From Escherichia phage HK633, in sequence record NC_019719.1: a stretch of 41,528 nucleotides of DNA. One strand, 5' to 3'. Shown here in pieces: positions 27,737 through 36,996 of the stretch. How positions within the stretch are numbered: the stretch's first letter is position 1; the number at the start of each line of letters is the position of its first letter. The position numbers and the translations under genes were made by a program. Below the pieces are notes generated by a model. That model was not told the DNA's origin, made no database searches, and saw nothing but the letters and a program-made list of their open reading frames with translations.

Positions 27737-27763
27737 AAAAAAATTGCCCTCACACTGGAGGGC
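27737..27763 (-). terminator. Intrinsic terminator on minus strand (GCCCTC-CAGTGT-GAGGGC + AA + T7), tL-like
   Basis: Perfect 6-bp stem; U7 tail on the minus strand; between the PL-proximal genes and the recombination cassette. Confidence 0.65.
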
Positions 27764-27912
27764 AAAGAAGATTTCCAATAATCAGAACAAGTCGGCTCCT
27801 GTTTAGTTACGAGCGACATTGCTCCGTGTATTCACTCGTTGGAATGAATACAAAGTGCAGTGTTTATTCTGTTGTTTGTGCCAAAAATAAAGGCCGACTA
27901 TGCGTCCTGAAA

Positions 27913-28278
27913 TTACTTAACCAATGATGCTGCATATTCGATAAGGTAAAGTTTTGGAGCAAGCCAAATTTTCAGCCAGTCGAAATAATTGAAGAAAACA
28001 ACAATAGAAGTAATCGCTATTCCTGATGTGACAAGTAGTGATAAAAGAACAATATCTGCATCATCTCCTTTATTCCATGCAAAAATCATCAGATAAACAC
28101 ACGCTATAATCACCAATACACAGATAGCCTGAATTCCAGCTGATGATACGGCGTGCCACATCAAAAGCTGATGGATGACATCAGGAATCTGTGCCTGGCT
28201 AAATGAAACAGCCGCGTCTATTCCATTGCTGGCTTTTTGCAGTAGTTCTACGAGAATCTTGTTTGCTTGTTCTTCCAT
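27913..28278 (-). CDS. Small integral membrane protein (sieB-position; function unknown)
   Basis: 121 aa; AAGGTGA RBS; two to three hydrophobic helices; flanked by 13-bp direct repeats. Confidence 0.6.
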   Translation of the reverse strand: MEEQANKILVELLQKASNGIDAAVSFSQAQIPDVIHQLLMWHAVSSAGIQAICVLVIIACVYLMIFAWNKGDDADIVLLSLLVTSGIAITSIVVFFNYFDWLKIWLAPKLYLIEYAASLVK

Positions 28279-28588
28279 ATATCACCTTGATTGTAATAAG
28301 CATGAAATTATTTACGGCTAAAAAATAAAGGCCACCATCAGCAGCCTTGTTGTAAATGTTGCAGGTATCAAGTAAGTAATTAGATGGAGCGCCATAAATT
28401 ATGAATTCATCGTTTGTCGGATCCATCTCCATCTCTTGGCCTATTGCCATTCTTGCGTCAGTGTCATCAGCGGCGAAGCATAAAACAGCCCACGCTCCCA
28501 TTGTTTTAAAAAGAACTGCAATTGGCTGTGGTTTTACTGAATTTGCGTTAGCGCGAAAATCACAAATCGCACTTTCATGAAATTCCAT
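28199..28588 (-). CDS. Hypothetical protein
   Basis: 129 aa from ATG 28588 (GAGGT RBS), 8 nt after N stop; C-terminal 80 nt overlaps the membrane-protein gene in another frame. Confidence 0.45.
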   Translation of the reverse strand: MEFHESAICDFRANANSVKPQPIAVLFKTMGAWAVLCFAADDTDARMAIGQEMEMDPTNDEFIIYGAPSNYLLDTCNIYNKAADGGLYFLAVNNFMLITIKVIYGRTSKQDSRRTTAKSQQWNRRGCFI

Positions 28589-28596
28589 ATCTAACC

Positions 28597-28923
28597 TCAA
28601 ATAAGTGGTTTGCTGCCTAGTTTCATTTTCTGGCGACCAACACAAGTCACACCCATTTCACTGCGTGGCTTGCTGTACCATGTGCGCTGATTCTTGCGCT
28701 CAATACGTTGCAGGTTGCTTTCAATCTGTTCGTGGTATTCAGCCAGCACTGTAAGGTCTATCGGATTCAGTGCGCTTTCTACTCGTGATTTCGGTTTGCG
28801 ATTCAGCGAGAGAATAGGGCGGTTAACTGGTTTTGCGCTTACCCCAACTAACAGGGGATTTGCTGCTTTCCATTGAGCCTGTTTCTCTGCGCGACGTTCG
28901 CGGCGGCGTGTTTGTGCATCCAT
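28597..28923 (-). CDS. N: Antitermination protein N
   Basis: 108 aa; N-terminal arginine-rich motif MDAQTRRRERRAEKQAQWK and most of the sequence match lambda N as recalled. Confidence 0.9.
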   Translation of the reverse strand: MDAQTRRRERRAEKQAQWKAANPLLVGVSAKPVNRPILSLNRKPKSRVESALNPIDLTVLAEYHEQIESNLQRIERKNQRTWYSKPRSEMGVTCVGRQKMKLGSKPLI

Positions 28924-29191
28924 CTGGATTCTCCTGTCAGTTAGCTTTGGTGGTGTGGTGGCTGGTAGTCTAGCTCCAGCTTGTTGAGTCTCATTCGGAG
29001 GGGTATAACCGGCACCCCAGCGATTTTTCCATGCGACAACGTGCGCGTTATGGCGGCCTTATCGCCCGCGGCTCCCCATCTCGTCCACGCTATTGCTAGC
29101 GTTGGGAGCGCTTCACCGCTCAACAGTAGGTAAGCACTTGCCAGTGACTAGCTGGCTTCACCACACCCCAAAGCCTTCTGCTTTGAATGCT

Positions 29192-29222
29192 GCCCTTCTT
29201 CAGGGCTTAATTTTTAAGAGCC
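29192..29222 (-). promoter_or_regulatory. nutL (boxA GCTCTTA + boxB GCCCTGAAGAAGGGC)
   Basis: Minus strand reads GGCTCTTAAAAATTAAGCCCTGAAGAAGGGC, the lambda nutL sequence. Confidence 0.85.
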
Positions 29223-29266
29223 TCACCTTCATGGTGGTCAGTGCGTCCTGCTGATGGCTTAAAATT

Positions 29267-29334
29267 ACAAGAAAGATTGTATGTTGTAAACAAGAAATAT
29301 TGTAAAAAGGGGCGTGAAAAACAAACTCCATTGT
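29267..29334. promoter_or_regulatory. OL operator cluster (three 14-bp ACAA-N6-TTGT sites) with PL
   Basis: ACAAGAAAGATTGT 29267-29280, ACAAGAAATATTGT 29290-29303, ACAAACTCCATTGT 29321-29334; phage-434 operator architecture. Confidence 0.75.
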
Positions 29335-29383
29335 TTTTAAATGAACAATAGTTTGTTTTTGGTTATCGAGATTGAGGTGGGGA

Positions 29384-29784
29384 TTACTGGTTGCAGGTTC
29401 CGACTACATCACCAACAAATGATTTGGTTGATGTAAGTTGTTGCATACCTGGGATATTCATTACTTTGGAGTAAAGAGCTTTTTTGTCTGTAGTGATTGA
29501 CCAAGTTTCAACGGTTATTCCTCCTCCAGACTGGTATTCTCCTACCATAGTGTTCGATGACAAAGCAGTGTATTTCATCTCTGGATAGACGCCAGAAACT
29601 GATTCATAAACTGATGATTTATCGCCATTTATTGTTACGTGGAAAACGGAATCTTCCGTGCTGTCTTTTGTAAACTCGTAACGATCGCCATTCATTGACC
29701 CGTACCCGTGCAGGTTTGTGACAATCCAGCATTCAGAATTGGCGCTGGTAGTTAAGAGTATTGAGAGTAGCGCCGCAATCCTGA

Positions 29785-29788
<4 letters not shown>
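29384..29788 (-). CDS. Secreted protein of unknown function at the rex position, coupled to cI
   Basis: 134 aa from ATG 29788, which overlaps the cI stop (ATGA); signal peptide MIRIAALLSILLTTSANS; two Cys in the mature part; between cI and OL. Confidence 0.65.
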
Positions 29789-30736
<948 letters not shown>

Positions 30737-30744
30737 GACATTCC

Positions 30745-30776
30745 CGCTCTTACACATCCCAGCCCTGAAAAAGGGC
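30745..30776 (+). promoter_or_regulatory. nutR (boxA CGCTCTTA + boxB GCCCTGAAAAAGGGC)
   Basis: Exact lambda nutR elements read on the plus strand downstream of cro. Confidence 0.85.
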
Positions 30777-30844
30777 ATCAAATTAAACCACACCTATGGT
30801 GTATGCATTTATTTGCATACATTCAATCAATTGTTATCTAAGGA

Positions 30845-30890
30845 AATACTTACATATGGTTCGTGCAAACAAACGCAACGAGGCTCTACG
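30845..30890 (-). promoter_or_regulatory. PRE with CII binding site TTGC-N6-TTGC
   Basis: Minus strand reads TTGCGTTTGTTTGC at 30875-30888, inside the 5' end of cII. Confidence 0.6.
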
Positions 30891-31149
30891 AATCGAGAGT
30901 GCGTTGCTTAACAAAATCGCAATGCTTGGAACTGAGAAGACAGCGGAAGCTGTGGGAGTTGATAAGTCGCAGATCAGCAGGTGGAAGAGGGATTGGATTC
31001 CAAAGTTCTCAATGCTGCTTGCTGTTCTTGAATGGGGTGTCGTTGACGACGACATGGCTCGATTGGCACGACAAGTTGCTTCGATTCTCACCAATAAAAA
31101 ACGCCCGGCGGCAACCGAGCGTTCTGAACAAATCCAGATGGAATTCTGA
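30856..31149 (+). CDS. cII: Transcriptional activator CII
   Basis: 97 aa from ATG 30856 (AAGGA RBS); MVRANKRNEALRIESALLNKIAMLGTEKTAEAVGVDKSQISRWKRDW... matches lambda CII as recalled; track ORF starts upstream at 30796. Confidence 0.9.
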   Translation: MVRANKRNEALRIESALLNKIAMLGTEKTAEAVGVDKSQISRWKRDWIPKFSMLLAVLEWGVVDDDMARLARQVASILTNKKRPAATERSEQIQMEF

Positions 31150-31175
31150 GGTCATTACTGGATCAATCCACAGGA
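31095..31175 (-). ncRNA. oop: OOP-like antisense RNA with conserved terminator
   Basis: Minus strand GGUUGCCGCCGGGCGUUUUUUAUU at about 31095-31118 matches the lambda oop terminator inside the 3' end of cII; 5' end inferred from lambda. Confidence 0.45.
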
Positions 31176-31181
31176 GTAATT

Positions 31182-31343
31182 ATGACAAAACGTCGTAAGA
31201 AATACCAGGAAAAAGAAGAGATTCGACACCCTGATTCACCTGAGGGATTAGTGGTAGCCGCAGCAAATAACAGGGCGTTCGCAGAACGCCTTGTTGGTGT
31301 TTACAGACTAGCCAAAGCAGGAGTGAAACATGGGCGTCGTTAA
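31182..31343 (+). CDS. Small basic ORF at the position of the lambda O start
   Basis: 53 aa; GGAG RBS 5 nt upstream; begins at the conserved lambda-like AGGAGTnATTATGACAAA context. Confidence 0.3.
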   Translation: MTKRRKKYQEKEEIRHPDSPEGLVVAAANNRAFAERLVGVYRLAKAGVKHGRR

Positions 31344-32220
31344 GTTAGCTGATTACAGGCATAACCCTGTACAACATCAGGAGGCATCCAGTATGGGGTA
31401 TGTCTCTATACACCGCCAGTTTATGGACAGCAGGCTCTATAAGGACTCTCAGGCAGTACATCTTTGGCTTCACTTAATCCTCAAGGCTAATCACGAATCT
31501 ACTGTCGTCAATACGGATATCGGTCCGATAACTGTTGATCGCGGTCAGATGATAACTGGACGCCCGTCTCTGGTCAGAGAAACATTCATCCCCGACAACA
31601 AAGTTCGGAGCTTATTACGGACTTTTGAGTCGAAAGGGATGCTTAATATTTGCTCGATGGGGAAGAAATTTAGCCTGTTTACAATCGTTAAATATGACGA
31701 TTTTCAGGCAAAAAATTGTCCAACGGTTGTCCAACGGTTGTCCAACGCAAACACCAGTAATGGCGCGGCTCTCAGCGGAGATTGTCCAACTGCTGTCCAA
31801 CGGTTGTCCATAAACAATAATATAAATAATATCTCTAATACTGACGTATTAGAGAGTGCAACAGCAGACAAAAAGTCTGACAAGAAAAAACCTTCCGTTA
31901 GCTGTCAGGATGTTGTCGATGCTTACCACGAAATCCTTCCTGAAGCGCCAAGAATCCGCGCACTGAATGACAAGCGTAAAAACCAGATCCGAACGTTCTG
32001 GCGCAAAGCCGGAGTGATAACCCGCCAGCTTGACGGGCATGGGTTCACGATGCAGGACTGGAGAAATTATTTGAGCTACGTAGGCGAAAATTGCCGATGG
32101 ATGTTCGAAGAACGCCCAAACCATCAACGCGGAACCGTCTGGCACAAAAAGGGATTTGATTTCCTGCTTAACGACAATACCTACCTGAAAGTTCGTGAGG
32201 GTGAACACGATGACCGATAA
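31330..32220 (+). CDS. Replication initiator (O-like, iteron-binding)
   Basis: 296 aa; contains the origin iterons within the coding sequence; directly upstream of the helicase gene. Confidence 0.75.
   Translation: MGVVKLADYRHNPVQHQEASSMGYVSIHRQFMDSRLYKDSQAVHLWLHLILKANHESTVVNTDIGPITVDRGQMITGRPSLVRETFIPDNKVRSLLRTFESKGMLNICSMGKKFSLFTIVKYDDFQAKNCPTVVQRLSNANTSNGAALSGDCPTAVQRLSINNNINNISNTDVLESATADKKSDKKKPSVSCQDVVDAYHEILPEAPRIRALNDKRKNQIRTFWRKAGVITRQLDGHGFTMQDWRNYLSYVGENCRWMFEERPNHQRGTVWHKKGFDFLLNDNTYLKVREGEHDDR
31716..31845. repeat. Replication origin: TTGTCCAACGG iterons plus AT-rich region
   Basis: At least five copies of (T)TGTCCAAC between 31716 and 31811, followed by AACAATAATATAAATAATATCTCTAATA. 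Confidence 0.75.
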
Positions 32221-33646
32221 TTTTTATGCGCCGCCCCATAGCATCGAGGCAGAGCAGGCGGTGATTGGTGGATTGCTTCTGGATGATGACAGCAGTGAGC
32301 GCGTCCAGAAAGTTCTGGCGATGCTGAAGCCTGATTCATTTTACAGCCGACCACACAAAATCCTTTTCGAAGAAATAACCAGAATGCACCGTGAGCAAAA
32401 GCCAGTAGATGGCCTGACGCTTTTCGATGAACTGGAGCGTAAATCGTTAACGGCGTCTGTTGGCGGTTTTGCTTATATCGCTGAGATCGCAAAGAACACG
32501 CCGAGCGCCGCAAACATCGTTGCCTATGCAATGCAGGTTCGTGAAACCGCAATGGAACGCTACGCCATCAACCGCATGACTGAAGCGACGGAATTGCTCT
32601 ATTCCCGCAACGGAATGACTGCAACGCAGAAGTACGAAGCTATTCAGGCGATTTTCACGCAACTGACAGACCATGCAAAAACCGGATCGCGTCGCGGCCT
32701 TCGCTCATTTGGTGAGGTCATGGAAGACTGGGTTAGCGACCTTGAGAAGCGATTTGACCCGTCAGGCGAACAGCGAGGAATGAGCACAGGGATCCCATCG
32801 CTGGACAGGATGCTGTCACCGAAAGGTCTGGTGAAAGGTTCTCTGTTTGTCATTGGCGCTCGCCCTAAGATGGGGAAAACGACGCTATACAGCCAGATGG
32901 CAATCAACTGCGCAGTGCATGAGAAAAAGCCCGCTCTGATGTTCAGCCTTGAAATGCCAGGTGACCAGATACTGGAAAAACTGGTAGGGCAGAAGTCTGG
33001 TGTTAACCCGAATATTTTTTACCTTCCGGCGACAAATGACGCTGATGACGGCTATCAGGGTGATTACGATGGTGACTTCAACAGGGCGATCGAAACAGCC
33101 AATCGCTTGAGTGAAATCGACATGCTTTACATCGACGACACGCCGGGATTATCTCTGGCTCAAATCGTCAGCGAAAGCCGTCGAATCAAGCGAGAAAAAG
33201 GATGTGTTGGCATGATTCTGGTCGATTACCTGACACTAATGACCGCTGAAAAGGCCGATCGCAACGACCTTGCTTACGGCATGATCACCAAAGGACTGAA
33301 GAACCTTGCCAAAGAGCTTGATTGCGTTGTTGTGCTTCTGACGCAGCTTAACCGCGCATTGGAAAGCAGAACCAATAAACGCCCATTACCAAGTGACTCA
33401 CGAGATACAGGGCAGATTGAACAGGATTGCGATTATTGGGTGGGGATCCATCGTGAAGGTGCTTTTGATGACAGTGTTCCACCTGGTGAAACCGAACTAA
33501 TCCTTCGTCTCAATCGTCATGGCAATACCGGCACGGTGTATTGCATTCAGGCAAATGGCGCTATTTATGACACAGACCAACAGTCCGCTGAAATGCGCCG
33601 CCGTGAACGCGAGGAACCGCAATCCAAGAAGAAAGGAGGATTCTGA
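32210..33646 (+). CDS. Replicative DNA helicase (DnaB-like)
   Basis: 478 aa from ATG 32210 (GAGGGTG RBS); N-terminal PPHSIEAEQAVIGGLL DnaB motif; Walker A GARPKMGKT. Confidence 0.9.
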   Translation: MTDNFYAPPHSIEAEQAVIGGLLLDDDSSERVQKVLAMLKPDSFYSRPHKILFEEITRMHREQKPVDGLTLFDELERKSLTASVGGFAYIAEIAKNTPSAANIVAYAMQVRETAMERYAINRMTEATELLYSRNGMTATQKYEAIQAIFTQLTDHAKTGSRRGLRSFGEVMEDWVSDLEKRFDPSGEQRGMSTGIPSLDRMLSPKGLVKGSLFVIGARPKMGKTTLYSQMAINCAVHEKKPALMFSLEMPGDQILEKLVGQKSGVNPNIFYLPATNDADDGYQGDYDGDFNRAIETANRLSEIDMLYIDDTPGLSLAQIVSESRRIKREKGCVGMILVDYLTLMTAEKADRNDLAYGMITKGLKNLAKELDCVVVLLTQLNRALESRTNKRPLPSDSRDTGQIEQDCDYWVGIHREGAFDDSVPPGETELILRLNRHGNTGTVYCIQANGAIYDTDQQSAEMRRREREEPQSKKKGGF

Positions 33647-33729
33647 TGACCATCTACATCACTGAGCTTGTAACAGGCCTGCTGGTAATCGCAGGCCTTT
33701 TTATTTGGGGGAGAGTAAATCGTGGCTGA
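33646..33729 (+). CDS. Possible 27-aa hydrophobic peptide
   Basis: AGGAGG RBS 6 nt upstream of ATG 33646, which overlaps the helicase stop (TGATG). Confidence 0.3.
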   Translation: MTIYITELVTGLLVIAGLFIWGRVNRG

Positions 33730-33928
33730 GTTTATGCTCGTCGCACTCAAATGCGTTGGCGTTGGATGGATTCTTCTGACGTTTTTTATTGTTCTGCATA
33801 GCTACATTCGTCTTGTGAATGACGGTAAAGACCCATGGTATACGTTGTTTGGCGCTGCATTTGTCTGGGTGATTATCGGTGTTATGCCTGTTGTCGTAGC
33901 AAAAGTGGCGTGGCGTTTTGTGAGTTGA
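33722..33928 (+). CDS. Small membrane protein
   Basis: 68 aa from GTG 33722 (GGGGGAGAG upstream) or 64 aa from ATG 33734; two hydrophobic helices. Confidence 0.45.
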   Translation: MAEFMLVALKCVGVGWILLTFFIVLHSYIRLVNDGKDPWYTLFGAAFVWVIIGVMPVVVAKVAWRFVS

Positions 33929-33935
33929 GGTAACG

Positions 33936-34346
33936 ATGAAGCAAACAATCTTCCTCCGAAGTAAGCAACAACAGCAAGCCGCAATCAACGCCATCCTCGA
34001 AACTCCTCTCGATAAAGACAAGCCAGTCACCATCCGCATTACTGACTACAAGCGCAACCTTGACCAGAACGCAAAATTTCACGCGATGCTGGCGGATATC
34101 GCTTGTCAGGTTCAATGGTGCGGCAAATGGTTAAAACCAGAGCAATGGAAGGTTTTGTTGATCAGCGGTCATGCAGTGGCAACAAAGCAGGAAGCTGATG
34201 TTTTGCCCGGGCTTGAAGGCGAATACGTCAACATTCGCGAAAGCAGCGCGCAGATGAGTGTGAAGCGTATGGCAAGTCTGATCGAGTACACAACAGCCTG
34301 GGCTATTGGTCAGGGTGTCAGATTTACCGACAGGAGGTATGAATGA
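33936..34346 (+). CDS. ninB: NinB recombination protein
   Basis: 136 aa; GAGG RBS; resembles lambda NinB. Confidence 0.8.
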   Translation: MKQTIFLRSKQQQQAAINAILETPLDKDKPVTIRITDYKRNLDQNAKFHAMLADIACQVQWCGKWLKPEQWKVLLISGHAVATKQEADVLPGLEGEYVNIRESSAQMSVKRMASLIEYTTAWAIGQGVRFTDRRYE

Positions 34347-34525
34347 GGCGACAGCGACGAAGTATCACCGACATCATCTGCGAAAACTGCAAATACCTTC
34401 CAACGAAACGCTCCAGAAATAAACGCAAGCCAATCCCAAAAGAATCTGACGTAAAAACCTTCAACTACACGGCTCACCTGTGGGATATCCGGTGGCTTAG
34501 AGAACGTGCGAGGAAAACAAGGTGA
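34343..34525 (+). CDS. ninE: NinE
   Basis: 60 aa; [51 protein letters not shown] matches lambda NinE as recalled; ATGA overlap with ninB. Confidence 0.75.
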   Translation: MRRQRRSITDIICENCKYLPTKRSRNKRKPIPKESDVKTFNYTAHLWDIRWLRERARKTR

Positions 34526-34692
34526 TTGACCCAAATCGAAGTTACGAACAAGAAAGCGTCGAGCGGGCTTTAACGTGCGCTAACTGCGGTCAGAAGCTGC
34601 ATGTGCTGGAAATTCACGTGTGTGAGCACTGCTGCGCAGAACTGATGAGCGATCCGAATAGCTCAATGTACGAGGAAGAAGACGATGAATGA
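34522..34692 (+). CDS. ninF: NinF
   Basis: 56 aa from GTG 34522 (GAGGAA RBS); [37 protein letters not shown] zinc-ribbon motif as in lambda NinF. Confidence 0.6.
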   Translation: MIDPNRSYEQESVERALTCANCGQKLHVLEIHVCEHCCAELMSDPNSSMYEEEDDE

Positions 34693-35407
34693 GTTAATAA
34701 ATGGCAATGCCATCAAAATGACAAGCATTGAAATCGCTGAGTTGGTGGGTAAGCGTCATGACAATGTGAAACGTACCATCGAAACGCTGGCTAAAAATGG
34801 TGTTATCCGGCTTCCTCAAATTGAGGTTTCCGAAAGAATCAATAACTTAGGGTTCAATGTTCAGTACGAGCATTACGTCTTCGAGGGCGAACAAGGTAAG
34901 CGAGACAGTATTGTCGTTGTTGCCCAGTTGTCGCCAGAGTTCACCGCTCGCCTTGTTGACCGCTGGCGAGAGCTTGAAGAAACTGCGGTTAATATCCCCA
35001 AAACGCTACCAGAAGCGTTGCGCCTTGCTGCTGATCTTGCTGAGCAGAAAATGCAACTGGAAAACCAGCTCGCAATTGCCGCACCTAAAGTTGAGTTTGC
35101 CGATCGCGTTGGCGAGGCCAGCGGAATTTTGATTGGAAACTTTGCAAAGGTTGTTGGAATTGGTCCAAACAAACTGTTTGCGTGGATGCGCGATCACAAA
35201 ATCCTTATTGCTTCAGGTTCCCGGCGCAATGTGCCAATGCAGGAATATATGGAGCGCGGCTATTTCACAGTGAAAGAAACAGCGGTCAACACAAATCACG
35301 GAATACAGATATCGTTCACCACAAAAATCACCGGGCGTGGTCAACAGTGGCTGACCAGAAAGCTGCTCGATAACGGAATGCTGAAAGTAACAGGTGAGGC
35401 TGCTTAA
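34685..35407 (+). CDS. Rha-family regulator / phage antirepressor (KilAC-type C-terminus)
   Basis: 240 aa; N-terminal MTSIEIAELVGKRHDNVKRTIETL Rha-like motif. Confidence 0.7.
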   Translation: MNELINGNAIKMTSIEIAELVGKRHDNVKRTIETLAKNGVIRLPQIEVSERINNLGFNVQYEHYVFEGEQGKRDSIVVVAQLSPEFTARLVDRWRELEETAVNIPKTLPEALRLAADLAEQKMQLENQLAIAAPKVEFADRVGEASGILIGNFAKVVGIGPNKLFAWMRDHKILIASGSRRNVPMQEYMERGYFTVKETAVNTNHGIQISFTTKITGRGQQWLTRKLLDNGMLKVTGEAA

Positions 35408-35697
35408 TGGCTAACCTACGCAAAGAAGCACGCGGCAGAGAATGTCAGGTACGTATTTACGGCGTATGCAATGGCAATCCTGAAACTACAGTTCTGGCAC
35501 ATTACCGGATGGCTGGAATTTGCGGAACGGGAATGAAACCTGACGACCTGATCGGCGCATGGGCTTGTAGTGACTGCCACGCGGAGATCGACCGGCGCAC
35601 CCATAACCTCGACAACAAAGACGCCAGACTTTACCACCTCGAAGGCGTGATCAGGACGCAGGCGATACTGCTGAAGGAGGGGAAGATTAAGCCATGA
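35407..35697 (+). CDS. DUF1364 / YbcO-like putative nuclease
   Basis: 96 aa; Cys/His-rich (C-x..C, C-x2-C-H); typical nin-region gene upstream of rusA. Confidence 0.55.
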   Translation: MANLRKEARGRECQVRIYGVCNGNPETTVLAHYRMAGICGTGMKPDDLIGAWACSDCHAEIDRRTHNLDNKDARLYHLEGVIRTQAILLKEGKIKP

Positions 35698-36056
35698 ACG
35701 AATATCAGTTTGTGCTTCCTTACCCGCCGTCGGTGAATACCTACTGGCGAAGACGGGGGAGTCAATACTACATCAGCGATAAAGGCCAGAAATACCGAAA
35801 AGACGTTCAGCAAATCATCCGCCAACTCAAGTTAGACATTTTCACCAAATCACGACTCCGCATCAAAGTCATCGCAGACGTTCCAGACTCCCGCCGCCGC
35901 GACCTCGATAACATCCTGAAAGGTTTACTCGATTCCCTTATCCACGCCGGATTTGCGGAAGACGACGAGCAATTCGATGACATTCGCGTAATTCGTGGTG
36001 TGAAAGTACCAGGCGGACGGCTTGGAATAAAAATCACCGAACTGGAGAACGCATGA
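35694..36056 (+). CDS. rusA: Holliday junction resolvase RusA
   Basis: 120 aa; LPYPPSVN N-terminus and DxDN region (RRRDLDNILKGLLDSL) typical of RusA. Confidence 0.85.
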   Translation: MNEYQFVLPYPPSVNTYWRRRGSQYYISDKGQKYRKDVQQIIRQLKLDIFTKSRLRIKVIADVPDSRRRDLDNILKGLLDSLIHAGFAEDDEQFDDIRVIRGVKVPGGRLGIKITELENA

Positions 36057-36241
36057 ACGCCACAATTCAAACGATACCAGAGCTTCTTATCCAGACACGA
36101 GGCAATCAGACCGAAGTGGCGAGGATGCTTTCCTGCGCAAGAGGAACGGTGCTCAAGTACAACCGAGATAGCAAAGGCGAGCGTCACGTAATAGTTAACG
36201 GCGTCCTGATGGTCAAACAGGGCAAGAGGGGAAGACGATGA
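36053..36241 (+). CDS. ninH: NinH
   Basis: 62 aa; GNQTEVARMLSCARGTVLKY helix-turn-helix as in lambda NinH. Confidence 0.7.
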   Translation: MNATIQTIPELLIQTRGNQTEVARMLSCARGTVLKYNRDSKGERHVIVNGVLMVKQGKRGRR

Positions 36242-36861
36242 GACTCGAAAGCGTAGCTAAATTTCATTCGCCAAAAAGCCCGATGATGAGCGACTCACCA
36301 CGGGCCACGGCTTCTGACTCTCTTTCCGGTACTGATGTGATGGCTGCTATGGGGATGGCGCAATCACAAGCCGGATTTGGAATGGCTGCATTCTGTGGTA
36401 AGCACGAACTCAGCCAGAACGACAAACAAAAGGCTATCAACTATCTGATGCAATTTGCACACAAGGTATCGGGGAAATACCGTGGTGTGGCAAAGCTCGA
36501 AGGAAATACTAAGGCAAAGGTGCTGCAAGTGCTCGCAACATTCGCTTATGCGGATTATTGCCGTAGTGCCGCGACGCCGGGCGCAAGATGCAGAGATTGT
36601 CACGGTACTGGCCGGGCCGTTGATATTGCCAAAACAGAACGGTGGGGGAGAGTTGTCGAGAAAGAGTGCGGAAGATGCAAAGGCGTCGGCTATTCAAGGA
36701 TGCCAGCAAGCGCAGCATATCGCGCTGTAACGATGCTAATCCCAAACCTTACTCAACCCACCTGGTCACGCACTGTTAAGCCGCTGTATGACGCTCTGGT
36801 GGTGCAATGCCACAAAGAAGAGTCAATCGCAGACAACATTTTGAGTGCGGTCACACGTTAG
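36238..36861 (+). CDS. Q: Late antiterminator Q
   Basis: 207 aa; matches lambda Q as recalled, including the CRDCHGTG ... CGRCKG zinc site. Confidence 0.9.
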   Translation: MRLESVAKFHSPKSPMMSDSPRATASDSLSGTDVMAAMGMAQSQAGFGMAAFCGKHELSQNDKQKAINYLMQFAHKVSGKYRGVAKLEGNTKAKVLQVLATFAYADYCRSAATPGARCRDCHGTGRAVDIAKTERWGRVVEKECGRCKGVGYSRMPASAAYRAVTMLIPNLTQPTWSRTVKPLYDALVVQCHKEESIADNILSAVTR

Positions 36862-36903
36862 CGGCATGATTGCCACGGATGGCAACATCTTTACGGCATG
36901 ATA

Positions 36904-36940
36904 TTGACTTTTTGAATAAAGTTGGGTAAATTTGACCCAA
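36904..36940 (+). promoter_or_regulatory. Late promoter PR' (TTGACT -35, TAAATT -10, 17-bp spacer) with qut region
   Basis: TTGACT at 36904-36909 and TAAATT at 36927-36932; same layout as lambda PR'. Confidence 0.7.
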
Positions 36941-36968
36941 CGATGGATAAATGCACTCGTTAAATAAA

Positions 36969-36996
36969 GCCCTGAGTTAATAGCTCGGGGCTTTTT
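36969..36996 (+). terminator. tR'-like intrinsic terminator close to PR'
   Basis: GCCCTGAG-TTAATAG-CTCGGGGC (one G-U pair) followed by TTTTT, about 30-60 nt downstream of the predicted start. Confidence 0.55.

Noticed and set aside
28941-29123. 60-aa minus-strand ORF in the N leader
   Set aside because: Lies in the long untranslated N leader between nutL and the N start, which is non-coding in lambda; no RBS.
29345-29356. Fourth operator-like site ACAATAGTTTGT next to the OL cluster
   Set aside because: Only 12 bp with a 4-bp spacer instead of the 14-bp ACAA-N6-TTGT form; probably a degenerate site rather than a functional operator.
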